NCBI GenBank assembly: GCA_051942205.1
Contig: JAVECO010000056.1
Coordinates: forward strand, 62,001-122,143
DNA from: Coniocarpon cinnabarinum
Lineage: Eukaryota
Direction: 5' to 3'
DNA length: 60,143 nucleotides
The notes under the pieces: model-generated
Databases searched by the model: none
What the model saw: the letters and a program-made list of their open reading frames with translations, nothing else
What the model was told of the DNA's origin: nothing
Shown here: piece after piece, positions 23,401 through 36,000 of the stretch
How positions within the stretch are numbered: position 1 is the first letter of the stretch
Layout: every line of letters starts with the position of its first letter
Program-made: the position numbers and the translations under genes

Positions 23401-26400
23401 ACTCACGCCATCAAAGTATTGCTCGATTTCTGAACTGTTGACCGTGTCTGTCATGGCCGTTCTTGGAACTTCCAGTATATTTTCCTCCAGTAACATTTGC
23501 GTCCGAGTTCATGAGCGTCTTTGTCTACCATATAGCGCTTGCAGTCAGTCGATGGCAGGCGAAGGGTCCGGCTGTGCGGTCATTGACGACATCCTCAGAT
23601 CTGGAATCGCTCATATACGGACGGTCGGCTTGACCACGGCGAGAACCGCTTACACAGTAAATTGCAGGAGTCAAGAGCGGCAGTCGCCAGACACTGATAG
23701 GCTCGACAAGCCAACAACAGATACCGAGCTCAACGGGGCCATTATCGAAGGCACTCCTGAACTTGCCGGAGGGCCCTCAATGCCCCTGCATATCCCTCAA
23801 AGTCGTCCATGCCTACACTAACGAACTATCACATTCCTGAGGTCGCAGTCAGAAGGCACCGGTGTTGCCTACTATTACCCGAATTGCTACTATTCATGGT
23901 CCAAGCGAGGTGATGCCACCATTCAGTACACCTCCTGACGCTTGATCAGCTTTGCGTCCTTCACGTCATTGAACGTCCTCGATGTATTTGGGACAATCTT
24001 GTATGCGCAAGGCGAAGATCCCATAGGCGTACACTTTAGCGACTGCAGAACAGCATGTAGTCCTGAACGAGTGGTGGAGAAAACATTGCTCAAAGATCTT
24101 CAGCTATTGGGCTCGGGGAGGTTGCCGTGCTGGAACTGACTGAGTCGAAAGACCTCACTCGCAAACACAGAGCAAAGCGAGGCCTATCCACAGCCCCAGA
24201 CCCTACTATGTGAGCCCATTAACCTCTATATTGACGATCTTGCAAGTTGCAGCGCTCTGTGGACCTTGGAATCGAGTACCTCCTGCTGATGCACCAGTCG
24301 ACAGGGGTCATGCTGGCATTGGAAGCCATGCAAACGACAACCGGTGTTGCAAAGTAGATATGGGCTGGGCATGGACCGCAAGCAGGTAGATCATCCACTG
24401 GACCGAAGGAGACTCGGTGCCCAGAGAATGTGATTCGTGTTCACGACGACCACATATTATGAGAAGTCCACGAGGGTCCAACGCTCTTTACAACCCACCA
24501 AGACTAATCCAATGTCTTCGTGAGAAGAGAGTGAGAGCAAGATTGAGAACCCGAGAAGTCGTGTGTGAACACTGCTCCTGAGTGGCTTTGGCCAGGTACG
24601 GGGTTATGGTTCACCACTGCTTTGATGGGGAGCCCGTTCAACATCAATACGTGCAAAGGGGCCATTCTTCAATAATGGACTGTCGCCTTTAGGTGTCCTT
24701 TGATAGACGGGCACATTTTCACTCAACGCCACATTGATGTAGCATGACCAACAGCTTGGTCCTCGGATGAAGCTGACCAGAACGGATGGGACCAGTGATT
24801 GTCGGAAACAGTGGCTGGCTGATTCATGCCCCTATTGCTTTGACGACAGCAGTTCATTGCGGTCCGCAAAGGCGGACGAGGTTTACTGCTGACGAGCAAC
24901 GAATGATCGTAATCTTTGGCATACCAATTGGCTCTCATCAGCCACCTGGTCAGTGCGAGCCGTCAAGCACGTTATGATACTTGGGTATGAGCAATATGAA
25001 CGTTGGCTCAAGCGGTACGAGGACGCCATCCAGGACAGACCCAAAGCCGCTGAGCTTAGGTGAGGCAGTACGAGGTTGAACAACGGCTAATAGCCTAAGC
25101 TTCGAGTAGGGAGTAGCCATCCATGCCCGACCGTGATGATGTGACTTGCGAGCCGACTAGAACGAGAAATCATGACAAACGCTAGTCAAAGAGTCCCAGG
25201 GACGCACACAGACAGTATTTGGATGTTAGAGAAAGGTTTGTGTGGGTGACGGCACATACTCCAGTTGTTTTCGCTTTCATGTCCGGTCGACTGACCCAAT
25301 GATCATAGGGAACTGTCGCGGCAGAGCTCCAACCAACTTGTGCGAGCAATACAGAGACAAAAGAGTCCGCCGGCTATCACGATCAAGTCTTGAAGGTACG
25401 GACATCTCCATTCCAAACCACCGTTATATTTCATCATTCCCAGGACACCAAATGATGATCAACAACCACACTATGTTGTTGGATCGAGGCTGGCCTGGGA
25501 ACATCAAGCCGTGGTGTTATCAAGTGCACGCCAAACAATGGCCTGCAGTATTAAGGCCCACGGACATTTCTATGGTGTCTTGTTTTGCAGTAGTGTGGGG
25601 TTTGAGCTGACCAGGCCACATCAGGATCTCGAAACATCTTCGAAGCTAATGTGCGCAAGACACAGATCTGGGTGCTGCAGAGGTTGGCAAAGTGTCAGCC
25701 ATGTTAGCTCAGTCGTTTGCCCTGTGCCTCTGTGACGGTCTATGAATTATCTTTGCAGGCTCTTGTTGAGGTGTCCTTGCTTCCGAAATGAAATGAACCG
25801 ACCACATCGCCAACGGCAGCGTACCGGTGGCAGATGACGGCGCTCGTGGTTGATCTGCAGCTGCGTTCGAAATTAGATGCCGCATGCATACGAATTACAA
25901 TGCAGCCAGCAAGCTTGGAACATCGACGTTGCTTTCGATTTCGGCGTCCGGCTCGGGGGCAGCCAGTCAGCCTGTGCTCCACGTCAAATATGCAGAGAAG
26001 TGTTGCTCAAGATGGTCAAGCAGTGAAACAAGCAAGCAGCGTGGCTGTGGATTTGGTTGCACTTTGCTTCTTGATCAATGAGAACAAGGCACGGAATGAC
26101 GACCGGAAAAGACAGACCTCCAAGTTGTCTTTGACAGCAACAGGTCAAGTCCCGATGGCCGAGCGTTGCTTGACTGCTAAAAGTGTGCAAATTATTGGAT
26201 CGTCTGGACCGAAGCATGCAAAACAGGTCAAAGCCTTGAAGCACAGACGAACCAAGCCCTTTGAGAGGTTTCGCTGACTCGCAACAGTGTCGGATCAATC
26301 TATCTCGAAGCTTTGCCCGAGCTCATGATGCGATTCTTGCCGGCTTCTCCGGTGGCAAGGCATCGTAGCTGCATGCATCATGTTACAGTTCAAAGGTTGG

Positions 26401-28446
26401 TGCCGAGACCCATGGCCGACAGTCGCGCGGTTGCCGTGAAGAGTGCCCGCAGAGTACCTTGCGGCGAGATTTATTTGTTCTCGTTGGCGGAGTACAGGAG
26501 CGGCAGAATAAAACGCCAGTTAACTCCAAGGTGTCTCCTTTCAATGGCACTATTGGAACTAACCCTGGCGACACTTTGCCGGCGGAGGATATAGCACAGA
26601 CATTTGCAGATTGCTGATGTCTTGTCGACCATATGAGGTAACGCATAGAGACAATGATCTTTTTCGAATACCGGCGGGCCGCATCGCAATGTCATGAAGC
26701 GGACGTGCAGCCGACCTTGAAAAGACATAGCAGTAAAGCAGGATGGATTGAAAGCCCAAGGGTACTTTCTCAGATGCACAGTTGGCAAGTGCCGATGTAG
26801 GCAAAATGATTTTCCTGCGAGTTCCCCAGAGGTACGTCTCGACCGTCCACGCGCATGATGTTTTGCTGACTGACATGGGGTTAGTCGACGGCTTGCACAC
26901 TGCAATGGTACCAGGGACCTGTGTTTGTGGCGCCGTGTTCGTTCAGCTATTTTGAATCTAATGCATGGGTCCAGCAAGTTGTGGCAACCCGCAAGTGTCG
27001 AAGCCAGGAAGCCATGGCTTGTCATTACTCCTTGAAGTGCCCTGCAGATCAGGCAAGATTACTGCTGCTGTAATTGTCGATTTTTGAACAAGCTATGCCA
27101 ACGACGACAGTGCAGGGCTGATACTGGTGAGCTCCGGATACACTCTTCAGCCTGTGTCGTAGCCGGCAGTGCGGTCGAGCCAAGTATTCCGACCGACGCT
27201 GACGGACTTGTCTGTCTTAGGTGACATGTGAGTTTGGGTGTTGAGGCTGAAGCTGAAAAGAATTGACACCAATAACAGATGACGATGACGCTGACGCTGA
27301 GGCTTGCGGTTGGCCATACACCAAGTTCACGACGTTGGCGCTGAGCGCATACATTCTTCCACTGTAGGTGAAGTCGATCAGCAAGCTGGAAATCGAACCT
27401 GCATTACTGTAATGTCCAGTGAAACTCCTCAGCAATGGTTCTGAGTGTTCCGGGCGTTCAAGAGGCCGATCAAAATTGAACATCTCTCACGCAGCATTGG
27501 ATGTATCGATCCATAGGGATGTGGTGATCTTTGTTGCCAAGAACGGCGACAGTCAAATGCTCGCTGTTGTATCGATTACTGCTGAAGATGTCAAAGGCGA
27601 TGGACCGTATTGAGCTCAGATGTCATCGAATGAACCAAACCGTGATGAATGCGCCTAGCCAGCGACCGTCAACTAGTGTTGAAGCAATTCAGTCGATGTG
27701 TTAGCTACCCATTGCGCCAACATCAACATTGGAGACGTGGAGGAGTTGAATGGTAGGCTAAACGTCTATCACGAGTTAGTGTGTCACCCTAGCTTACCTT
27801 CTTCAGACGACAACGTTTAGAATACTTTCACTACGAGCAGAGGGGAGGGAGGGGAGAGTTGGGCGACCAAAGTTCCACGAGCAAGCTGTGGCTGTTGTCC
27901 CTTGGGGCGAAAAGAGATGAGTCCGTCAGGTACGTGAAGTACATGTTGTCTTGTGTCGCGCTGGGTATGCGCTGACAGATTTGCATCATTTTCTATCTCG
28001 AGGATCACTGAGTGAGATACGCTCTCTCAGCAGTTAGTATCACAGAGCCTACGGACCACAAGCTCCAGCTCCAGCTGTAGATGTTTGGGATTGTCCCAAA
28101 GTTCGGGGCTCGTCGAAGGTTACCAGACAGGGCGCAACGACGTCTCTGCCATGACGCAGAAGTAGTGGGAGTAATACTGAGTGGAGAGAAGCTGCTGCTG
28201 GTAGACCGATCGGTAGCGCACTCAATGCGCTTGCTGAGTCCAGTAGCAGCAAGAATATCGCACATTTTGTCGACGTTAGCCAGGACATTCGGCTCCAGCG
28301 CAAAGTGATCTTGCCCGAGAAGCCGGATCCAGGAGGAGGAGCATGAATGTATGTTGGGACAGTGTTGACACAGACTTGCTGGTGTTGCATGGATACCACC
28401 AGTGAGGACGCCCATCTGAAAACGTCTAAGATAGCAGGGCAAGCCG

Positions 28447-30336
28447 TCAAGGCTCAGTCGCTGTGTCTGTGACGGTAAGTGGCATGATTAGACGACAAAG
28501 CTATGCGACGACTCACCGCCCTTGACAGCATCCGTTGCGGATCCCTTCGGCGTCGAGATGTCCTTCTGATTGGCGGCAGACGACGATGCCCGGCCCTCAT
28601 CACTCTCAAGCGCGTCGAACTCTTTCTGTGCGTTGTCGACATTCTGGGTGATGATGATCAGCATCATGCAAGGCACGAACTTATCCCACGGCGTTTCAGG
28701 GGACAGCAGCAACAGCATAGGTCACGACGGAGACAGGCAGCACGACAGCACGACAGAAGCAACACAGCAGTACTTACCTCTTTGGTCTTCCGATCCCGAT
28801 CACCCAAATAGAATTCGCGCTTCGTTTTGGCCTTCTCCAGCACGCCAGGAATGTCATCTGCTGCAGCGGGAGGCTCGATACCGATCTTGGAAAATTGCTC
28901 GATCGACCCCGGCGCCCACAGCTTGCCCAGGGTGTCTTTGGCAGCTGGTGCTAGAGAAGAGCTTTCGCTGCCAGCATCCTTCACCTTCCTGCCTTTCTTA
29001 CCCTTCTTGCCGGCGCCACCGACAAAGTACGATTCGTCGTCATCTTTCTTGCTCAGCACGGTTCCTTTGATGCCGGTAGCATCGACAACACGAGAGGCCT
29101 TAGCAGCTAGCTCGCTTACCGTCGACGACGTTGTGGTGGGCACCGAAGATGGATCGACAACGCGCATGATGGATTCCGCAGCTCGAATCTCTTCGCCATA
29201 CGCCGGCATCGAGGCTTCCTCTAATCGACGCTCAAGAGCCTCTTGCTTTCTAGATCGAAGATACGCTTCACGCTCGGCCTTTCGCTTGGCCTCACGCACC
29301 TTGTTGGCTTCCCTTTCGTACTCACGGTACTCTTGTTTGGCCATATAGTGAGCGTCCTTATATCGTCTGAGGTCGGCATACGCTTTGTCACTTTCAGCTC
29401 GTGCCTGTTTGAGAGCCTCAAAGGCAGTATCAGCATCCTTCGAGGCATCCTTGCGAGCGAGATGAAACTCATCCAGCTCCGTCTTGATACGGTCAAATTC
29501 TCGCTGCTGTTGGCGGTGCTCGGCTTTGTCCGTAGACTTCTTGATGTCCGCGATGGAGTCCTTTAGCCGATCAATATCGCGTTGTCTCTCGTCAATGCCA
29601 CCAAACGCCTTCTTTTGCCTGCGCAACGCAGAGATATCATTGACGGTCTTCCGCTCATCAACCATCTTCAGCTTGCCAGACTCAACGGATTTCTCCAGCC
29701 TCTGTATCTCGGACTCTATTTCGTCAGTGGATTTGAACGGAATCTGTTGCTTGGATGCTTTCTGTTCGTTAAGCTTGGCTTTGAGCTGAGTGTCAAGGGT
29801 CTTGATACGGTCCATCTCCTGTTGGCGCGAGGATCTGCTGGATGCTTGTTGTTGCTTGACCTGGTCTAGCTGGTCACGGAGTTCCTTGTATTTTGGATTG
29901 TCGTTCGTCGAACGCGCGGTCTTGCGGTCGTTGAACCGTTGTTGAGCGTCAGCCTGAAAGCACCGTCGTCAGTCCATCACCACCTGCGCATATGGCGTCG
30001 TTTTTGCATAGGACGGTGTACAGCATGTGGGAATGTGAGAGTACAAGGGACGCAGTGAGCAAGAAGCAAGATGCACGCTTGCTATTGAGCATTGAGGCTT
30101 GGGAAAGAACCAGCGACATCGGCAGCAAGCCCTGGGGACGAGAAATTGCAACTAACCTGCTTCTTCCTGGACTTGTCGACAGCGGCTTCCCTCTCTGCAA
30201 GGCCGACCTTGTAGGCTTCATCGTCAGGGCGCGTGGGCCGTGAGGTTGCGGACTGAAGAGATCCATCGGTAGGTTTGTCAGCACCAGCGTTGACGGATGA
30301 CATTGTTGCCGCTGACGGTGTCGCCAGATCCGCCAT
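28447..30336 (-). CDS. BFR1: Nuclear segregation / mRNP protein Bfr1-like coiled-coil protein, 4 exons, ~500 aa
   Basis: Exons 30336-30157, 29953-28778, 28643-28517 and 28466-28447 total 1503 nt. Motifs RPDDEAYK, FKSTDEIESEIQRLEKSVESGKLKMVDERK, PAYGEEI and YFVGGAGKKGKKG. Confidence 0.85.
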
Positions 30337-32371
30337 GATGCAGCACGTAGCTGATCGATGGCTTGAGTAAATGTGCAGCGCGACGATGACACGAGGCCGA
30401 TGAGGTAAGGAAGAAAACGGAATGGTTATCCAGGTGAGTGAACGAACGAGCAGTATGAGTTTGCGCTTTCGAAAAGGAGGCGACGTGAAGGGTGAGTATG
30501 AAAAATGGTAAGCTTGACGGTGATGTGCCAAGAGAAAAGATGAGTACGAGCTCCGCTATAAGTCTCGGCGAGCATGTCAGTATGTGTGTCACGTTATTTC
30601 CGCCCGACACTGCGTAGACCTTTTGTAACCCACTTCATTTCCTGTCTTGCTGTCTTCTCCTATTCTCAGTCTACAACGACGATTCCAGGGACATGCAAAG
30701 AGAAAAAATTCATATCAACAGAAGGGCCGTTCTCTCCATGCGCTATCTGTTGTTGCGGGTCAAACGGTCAACATTAGAATTTTTTACATGTAATCAAAGT
30801 TAGCCCCTGAGACGCCAGACGAAAGTAGATACCACGGCCTCCCTCGCCTGCTCTCTTTCGGCTTTCCATTGGGCTTGGAGATCGTGCAGGGTGTACCCAG
30901 GTCCCTGGATGGCACAATATAGACACAAGTCGCACGCAGACAGATTAGGCAGTAAGCAGGAGCATTTCGCAGTGCGGATAAGAATCATGTAGGCTACCAG
31001 TCATACATATAACCATCGTAGACGGCAGTGTGCGCCAATTTGTTTCGTTTCAAGTCTCAAATATGTCCCAGATATACTAGCAACTAACGCTTGGTCATAA
31101 CAGACAAGTTTGCGCGGCACTTGGGCGGCACGTTGCATGTGCAAGATGCCATGCGTGGTGTCGTTGCACGTGATGCCCGTGTCCTGTCACGCCTAGGGTC
31201 AACCGACATTGAGGTTATATTTTATTTGAGGTTGTTTTTATTTCGCAAGGTGAAGGCAGAGGTGGAACGGGTAAGGGCTGGTCCCTGATAACAGTAGGGG
31301 CTGGCCCCCGATAACACGGGCTCCGGCCCGATATACAGAAAAAAGCATGGTAGAGGTAAGTATATCTGTGTTAGCACAGATGGCAACCACAGTGTGATTG
31401 AGTCATGAGAAATACGGATCGTCGGGCTTATCACTGCTCTATGGTTTGTCCGGCGATCTAAGAATAAGATATTACCGAGGCGCCTGCATGGGATTCAGAA
31501 TGACCAAGGACGGGCGCCCACTTTTTTGTCACCTTACAGAAAGCTTCGCTTCCAGTTTACAGAAAGCTAGCCTTCCCTGCCTTGTGCTAACGCTTCGGAA
31601 CGCAGGATGCCTAGTTCGAACGACAGCCATACCGTCCAATTTTTTAATTTCAACAACCTCAATTTTGTGCTCCGGATGATCTCTGGAGCCCTACAAACGT
31701 CCTCGTGTTTTTTGCGAGCTCAAATTCTCCTCCGTCGTTGAGATATCGCAGCGTGAAGATTGCGATACTTTGTTACTTTATGTGCACGGGCCAACCGCTG
31801 TTAGTTTGTCAAAAACTTGTCTATCGCTTGAATTGGCTTCCTGACATTTCTGAAAGACTTGAAAAGCTCACCAAACGGCTCTCAACACAATTCTGACGTT
31901 GTAACAGAGCTCTCAAACACCAGAATTGTAGGTTCTACACTCTCCGCACTCCTCTGGAGCTGTAACAGAATGCACCGTCACGCGAAAGGCCTCCTCCCTC
32001 TTCATCCCGTCGCCCTACACAATGAACTCGAGACACGCAAACAACTCCCAGCGCTGCATCCAAAAGTCCCATTTCTGCTCGGCAACGGACTTTGAATACT
32101 ATGCATTCAGATTTTAGGACCATGCATCTACCATTCGCCCAAGTGCTAACACGAATACCCAGATCAAAACCGTAAAAACACCCACTCTCCTCTCCAGCGG
32201 TCACCCAACCTCAACGTGAGTCCGTGAGACACCACAGATCATACGCACACTACACACAGACCTCTCACACCTTAGAGAAAGGCTACAAGACCCTGATGCG
32301 CATTTCTCAATTCACATTCTGAAAGAGACACTCCTATCATGAACCATCTCAATGCTAACAGTTCCTCTAGG

Positions 32372-32608
32372 ATGCCGCCCATTACCGATCTAGAAGCCCA
32401 AGCCACTTTCAGGGCTCCAGGACTGCCCTCCGCATTCATTTGCGGATTAATTATGATCGGAATCTTTCTCATCATTTCCTTCCTCATGACGCCGCCCATA
32501 ACCGTAGAGGACGTGGTCCCGTGGCTATTCTGGACGCTCGGCAAGATGGTTCGACTCATAGCCATTGGGGTTCTCGTCTCTCTCGCCGTCGCAGTTTGGT
32601 ACTTCTGA
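32372..32608 (+). CDS. Small two-transmembrane protein, ~78 aa
   Basis: The ATG follows one base after an intron-like segment 32216-32370 (GTGAGT...GCTAAC...TAG). Sequence MPPITDLEAQ followed by two hydrophobic helices. Confidence 0.5.
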   Translation: MPPITDLEAQATFRAPGLPSAFICGLIMIGIFLIISFLMTPPITVEDVVPWLFWTLGKMVRLIAIGVLVSLAVAVWYF

Positions 32609-33008
32609 AGCGTGTGTGGCCGGTGCCGACATGCACGAGGCAGGGATGGCGTCAGGGGGTGAGACAAGACGGAGCGTGACAGGAGTGGACGAAGCGGCTA
32701 TTGCGTCGCAGAAAACAAAAGTGTGATTCGCAACATTTCTCAGTGAACTGTTGCAGTCCACAGTCAGAAGACATTGAGGATGCGACTGCGTTTATTTACT
32801 TGACGCAGATGACGTAAAAGACTACGCCTTGTTTGATTCCTCTATTTACGTCCACAATCCCAATGACACACACAAGCGTCAGCCCTCAGTCCCCCAAAGA
32901 AGTTTCAAAATTGATAACAAGATGGAGGCTGAGCTTCAACCATTTTGACCGCACGGCTATCTAAAAGAACCAGAAGCTATTGCGCTCAAGCAATACACCC
33001 CAGTCCCC

Positions 33009-36000
33009 TCACGCGTAGTTGAACGATGTTCGACAGAGTGGACAACTGCTATTGTTGCTACTTTTGAACCATCGGAACAGACAACTTCCATGGAAAATGT
33101 TATGACACGTTTTGCACTTCTTCGTGGGCAGTTGTTTGTCCTGACTGACGATAGAGTAACATATCGCGCACTCAGACTGACCTTTCAACTGCCCGCTCAC
33201 GTTTCGCCGGAAAGCGATCAGCCCATCTGCAATGCTGTTGTCGCTGAAAGCTATGACACCCTGAGTGTTTAGCAGCCAACTCTTAAACTTCTTCTCTTCC
33301 ACTGCCACGCGGTTAATGCCTTCCACAGACACTTGACCAAGGGGAAAGTTTGACGGAAGTCGAATAGCAATAGTGAGTTGTTGGTCGTCGACCTCCTTGC
33401 TGGCAATGACTTCCTTGGTGCGCTCGTTTGTCTTGACAATGATCGCGTCTTCGGCGTCTGCATCTTGTTGCTTGGCCCAGTCTGCCGTTGCTCGTAGCGT
33501 GTCTGCGATGATGATGGGTGAGAAATATTTCTCTGTCCATGGTGCAACGTGCGTTCGGATTTGTCTTGAGCGACAGTCGATCCACCAGCGTTTTGTGAGT
33601 GAGGGTAAGCGTGACAAGCAGAGGTAGTACAGATGGATCAAAAGCCACTCGAAATTTCGCTTTGTGTTGGTCTCAATGTTGAATGAGTAAAATGTCGCAT
33701 CGAACTTAGACGCGTCAATGGGTTTACTCTGGGCGTGTCCAAGTGTAGCGAATATCAGATCAAGCAAGGACTCAAGCACAGCTTGCTCCCTTATGTGAGT
33801 AGCGTAGTCAGACTGTACTTTGTAGGACGCTTTACGAAAATGATCGAACACAAGCAGCCAACTGCTTAGGTAAGTGAAGATGTCCGAAGGCATAGCATCG
33901 TAGACAGCCAGATCTTCGCCCGCATCAAGATCAGGTGGCTGAGACACCAAAGAGAGGAGTTCCTCAGGCAGTCGTGCAACTGACTTTCCGATCGCAACAT
34001 TCACTGATATCTCTTCTTGCTCTTGCGGCATATGACGATGAAGGATATCAAATGCGGTTTGTTGAACCTCTCGAGATTGAGTGTCAAGTAAGTTGTACAA
34101 GCCACGCAGATCACCGAGTTTGGCAGCCGGCACGGCCTTAATCTGCCTGGCCAAGACTTGATTGGTCGCTCGCAAGGGTAGATTAGCCTCATCTGAAAGA
34201 CGCCCCGATTGGCTCAGAAGGTTTGCAAGTCCGACCGCGAGGCCGTCTTCTTTTTCATTGTAGGCATCCTTCAAATCTTCGTTGGTCTCAGCTTCCTTTT
34301 GCAGATCTCTCAACAACGCAAAAAGCTTTAGTGATGAATGCCATAAAGAAATGGTAGCAGTACCAGCTGCTGTAGCATTCAGAGGTTTGCCGCCATTCCA
34401 GTAGTTCGTCAAGAAGTCAAGGACTTTCTCCCAGTCCTCACCGTAGACGTCCGACATGCAGGGCAAAACAAACGTGAGGCACGTACACAGCTCTGATTTG
34501 AGAGAGTCAGGAGCATGTGATATCAACCAGCTTACAACGTGTTTCACAAAGAATATTAGCCTTTGCTTAGCCACTTGCTCCAAAGCAGCGCTGTCCGCAT
34601 GAAGTATAATAGTTAGTAGAGCGAGCCGCTGATGTACCTCCTCCTCCTGCTTTTGCAGATTTAGTGACGTAAGCTTCGCAATGGTTTCGTTCAGAACGCG
34701 TAACAACGCTGGGGTCTTTGCAAGCGGGACTTGAAAAGCCGTGATCAACGATGCCAAGTCCTGAATACTGCCTTGACGATTCTGATAGATCTTCAACCTC
34801 TCCTCCAGGGAGCTTGTATTCTTCCCATTCCAGCCCGCTACTTCAATGGCTTGTGTCTGCATGCGAGCCCACTCTCTGCGATGGTAAAATGATGATGCTG
34901 ACTCGTCATACGATCTCTGTGCCAAATTTTCGAGAAGTTTAGCACCCTCATACTTGATGCTTATCATTTGCTGGAGCGCGGCTCTGGCTTCCGTGACGAA
35001 GTCCAAAACCTCTGCGTCCGCAGCTGCGTTATCCCAAAGCGGGTTCGCGCCGTGAAAGCTCAGTCTGTCATCTGCAAGCGCCACTGTTAGAGCCAGTAAA
35101 CGGAATATCGATGCTAAAGTTGTTCTCTCTAAAGAGTCGAGCTCAATGTTGTCATTCAGTCTAAGAAGTTCTGCAGTATACATCCCAATACGAAGCAAAG
35201 AAGTAAGTCCATATTCATCAACGGGCGGAGGCTTCAGAGCGGTACTTGAGGTTGATGAAGTTTTAACCAGTGGTACCAGTGGACCAAGTTCATTAGTGAC
35301 CGCAAATGACTGTGGCGGAGCTACCGAAATGAACGGATCAAGAGCGACTGACCAACGTTCTACGTTTGGCAGTACGGTTTCCAGTGTAGCTGAAGATGGC
35401 GTGGCAGTAATCTGTCTTTGCGCAATTTGCACGCAGGTATCAACAGTGAGCGAGTCGTCCTGTATCTCGTACAGAGCTTTTGTTAATATTTTATCCAGTT
35501 GAGTTTGCGAAACATTGGAGGCCTTATCTGAGGTGCCATCGTCAAACACGGAGAGAAGCTCCATGCAGATGATGCTTTCCTCGCCCGCATCATCCATCTG
35601 AATCCTGAGCAAGGTTTGCATAAGTGATGTTCCTTCCTCAGATTTCAAAAACTCTCGCACGCAATGCGGATTCCTTCGTGTAAGTCGTCGTAGTGCCTCA
35701 AGGGAAGGTGTCGGTGTCTCGTCTAGACTGAGCTTCTTCGCAAAATGGTCCGCGACTTCGAACAACGCGCCATTGGACAGCCCATGTTGGTTGTGTGGAC
35801 TGATGGCCTGATCGAGTACACGATTGTCCGTGCCTGACTCCAGTGCGCTCAAAACAACCTGTGTGAGATAGTGCTGAAGATCGGTGTTATGGGACACGTT
35901 GCCCTGTTCGCTTGGTGCTTTACTATTAGTGAGCAGTCGCAAGATGATATCTCTCTTCTCCAAAGAATCGGGCCTACCAAGCGCGACTTCCAATGCAGAG

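Noticed and set aside
20500..27900. Many 60-180 aa ORFs; searched for a DUF3435 tyrosine recombinase, reverse transcriptase or transposase
   Set aside because: Some peptides look like decayed coding sequence (e.g. 22600-23500 and 24500-25100, minus strand), but I could not assign any family or find catalytic motifs.
28488..28718. BFR1 ending at the stop at 28488
   Set aside because: A canonical intron at 28516-28467 (GTGAGT/CTAAT/CAG) more plausibly extends the CDS to 28447.
29954..30156. 203-nt BFR1 intron as a snoRNA host
   Set aside because: No convincing C/D or H/ACA box arrangement seen.
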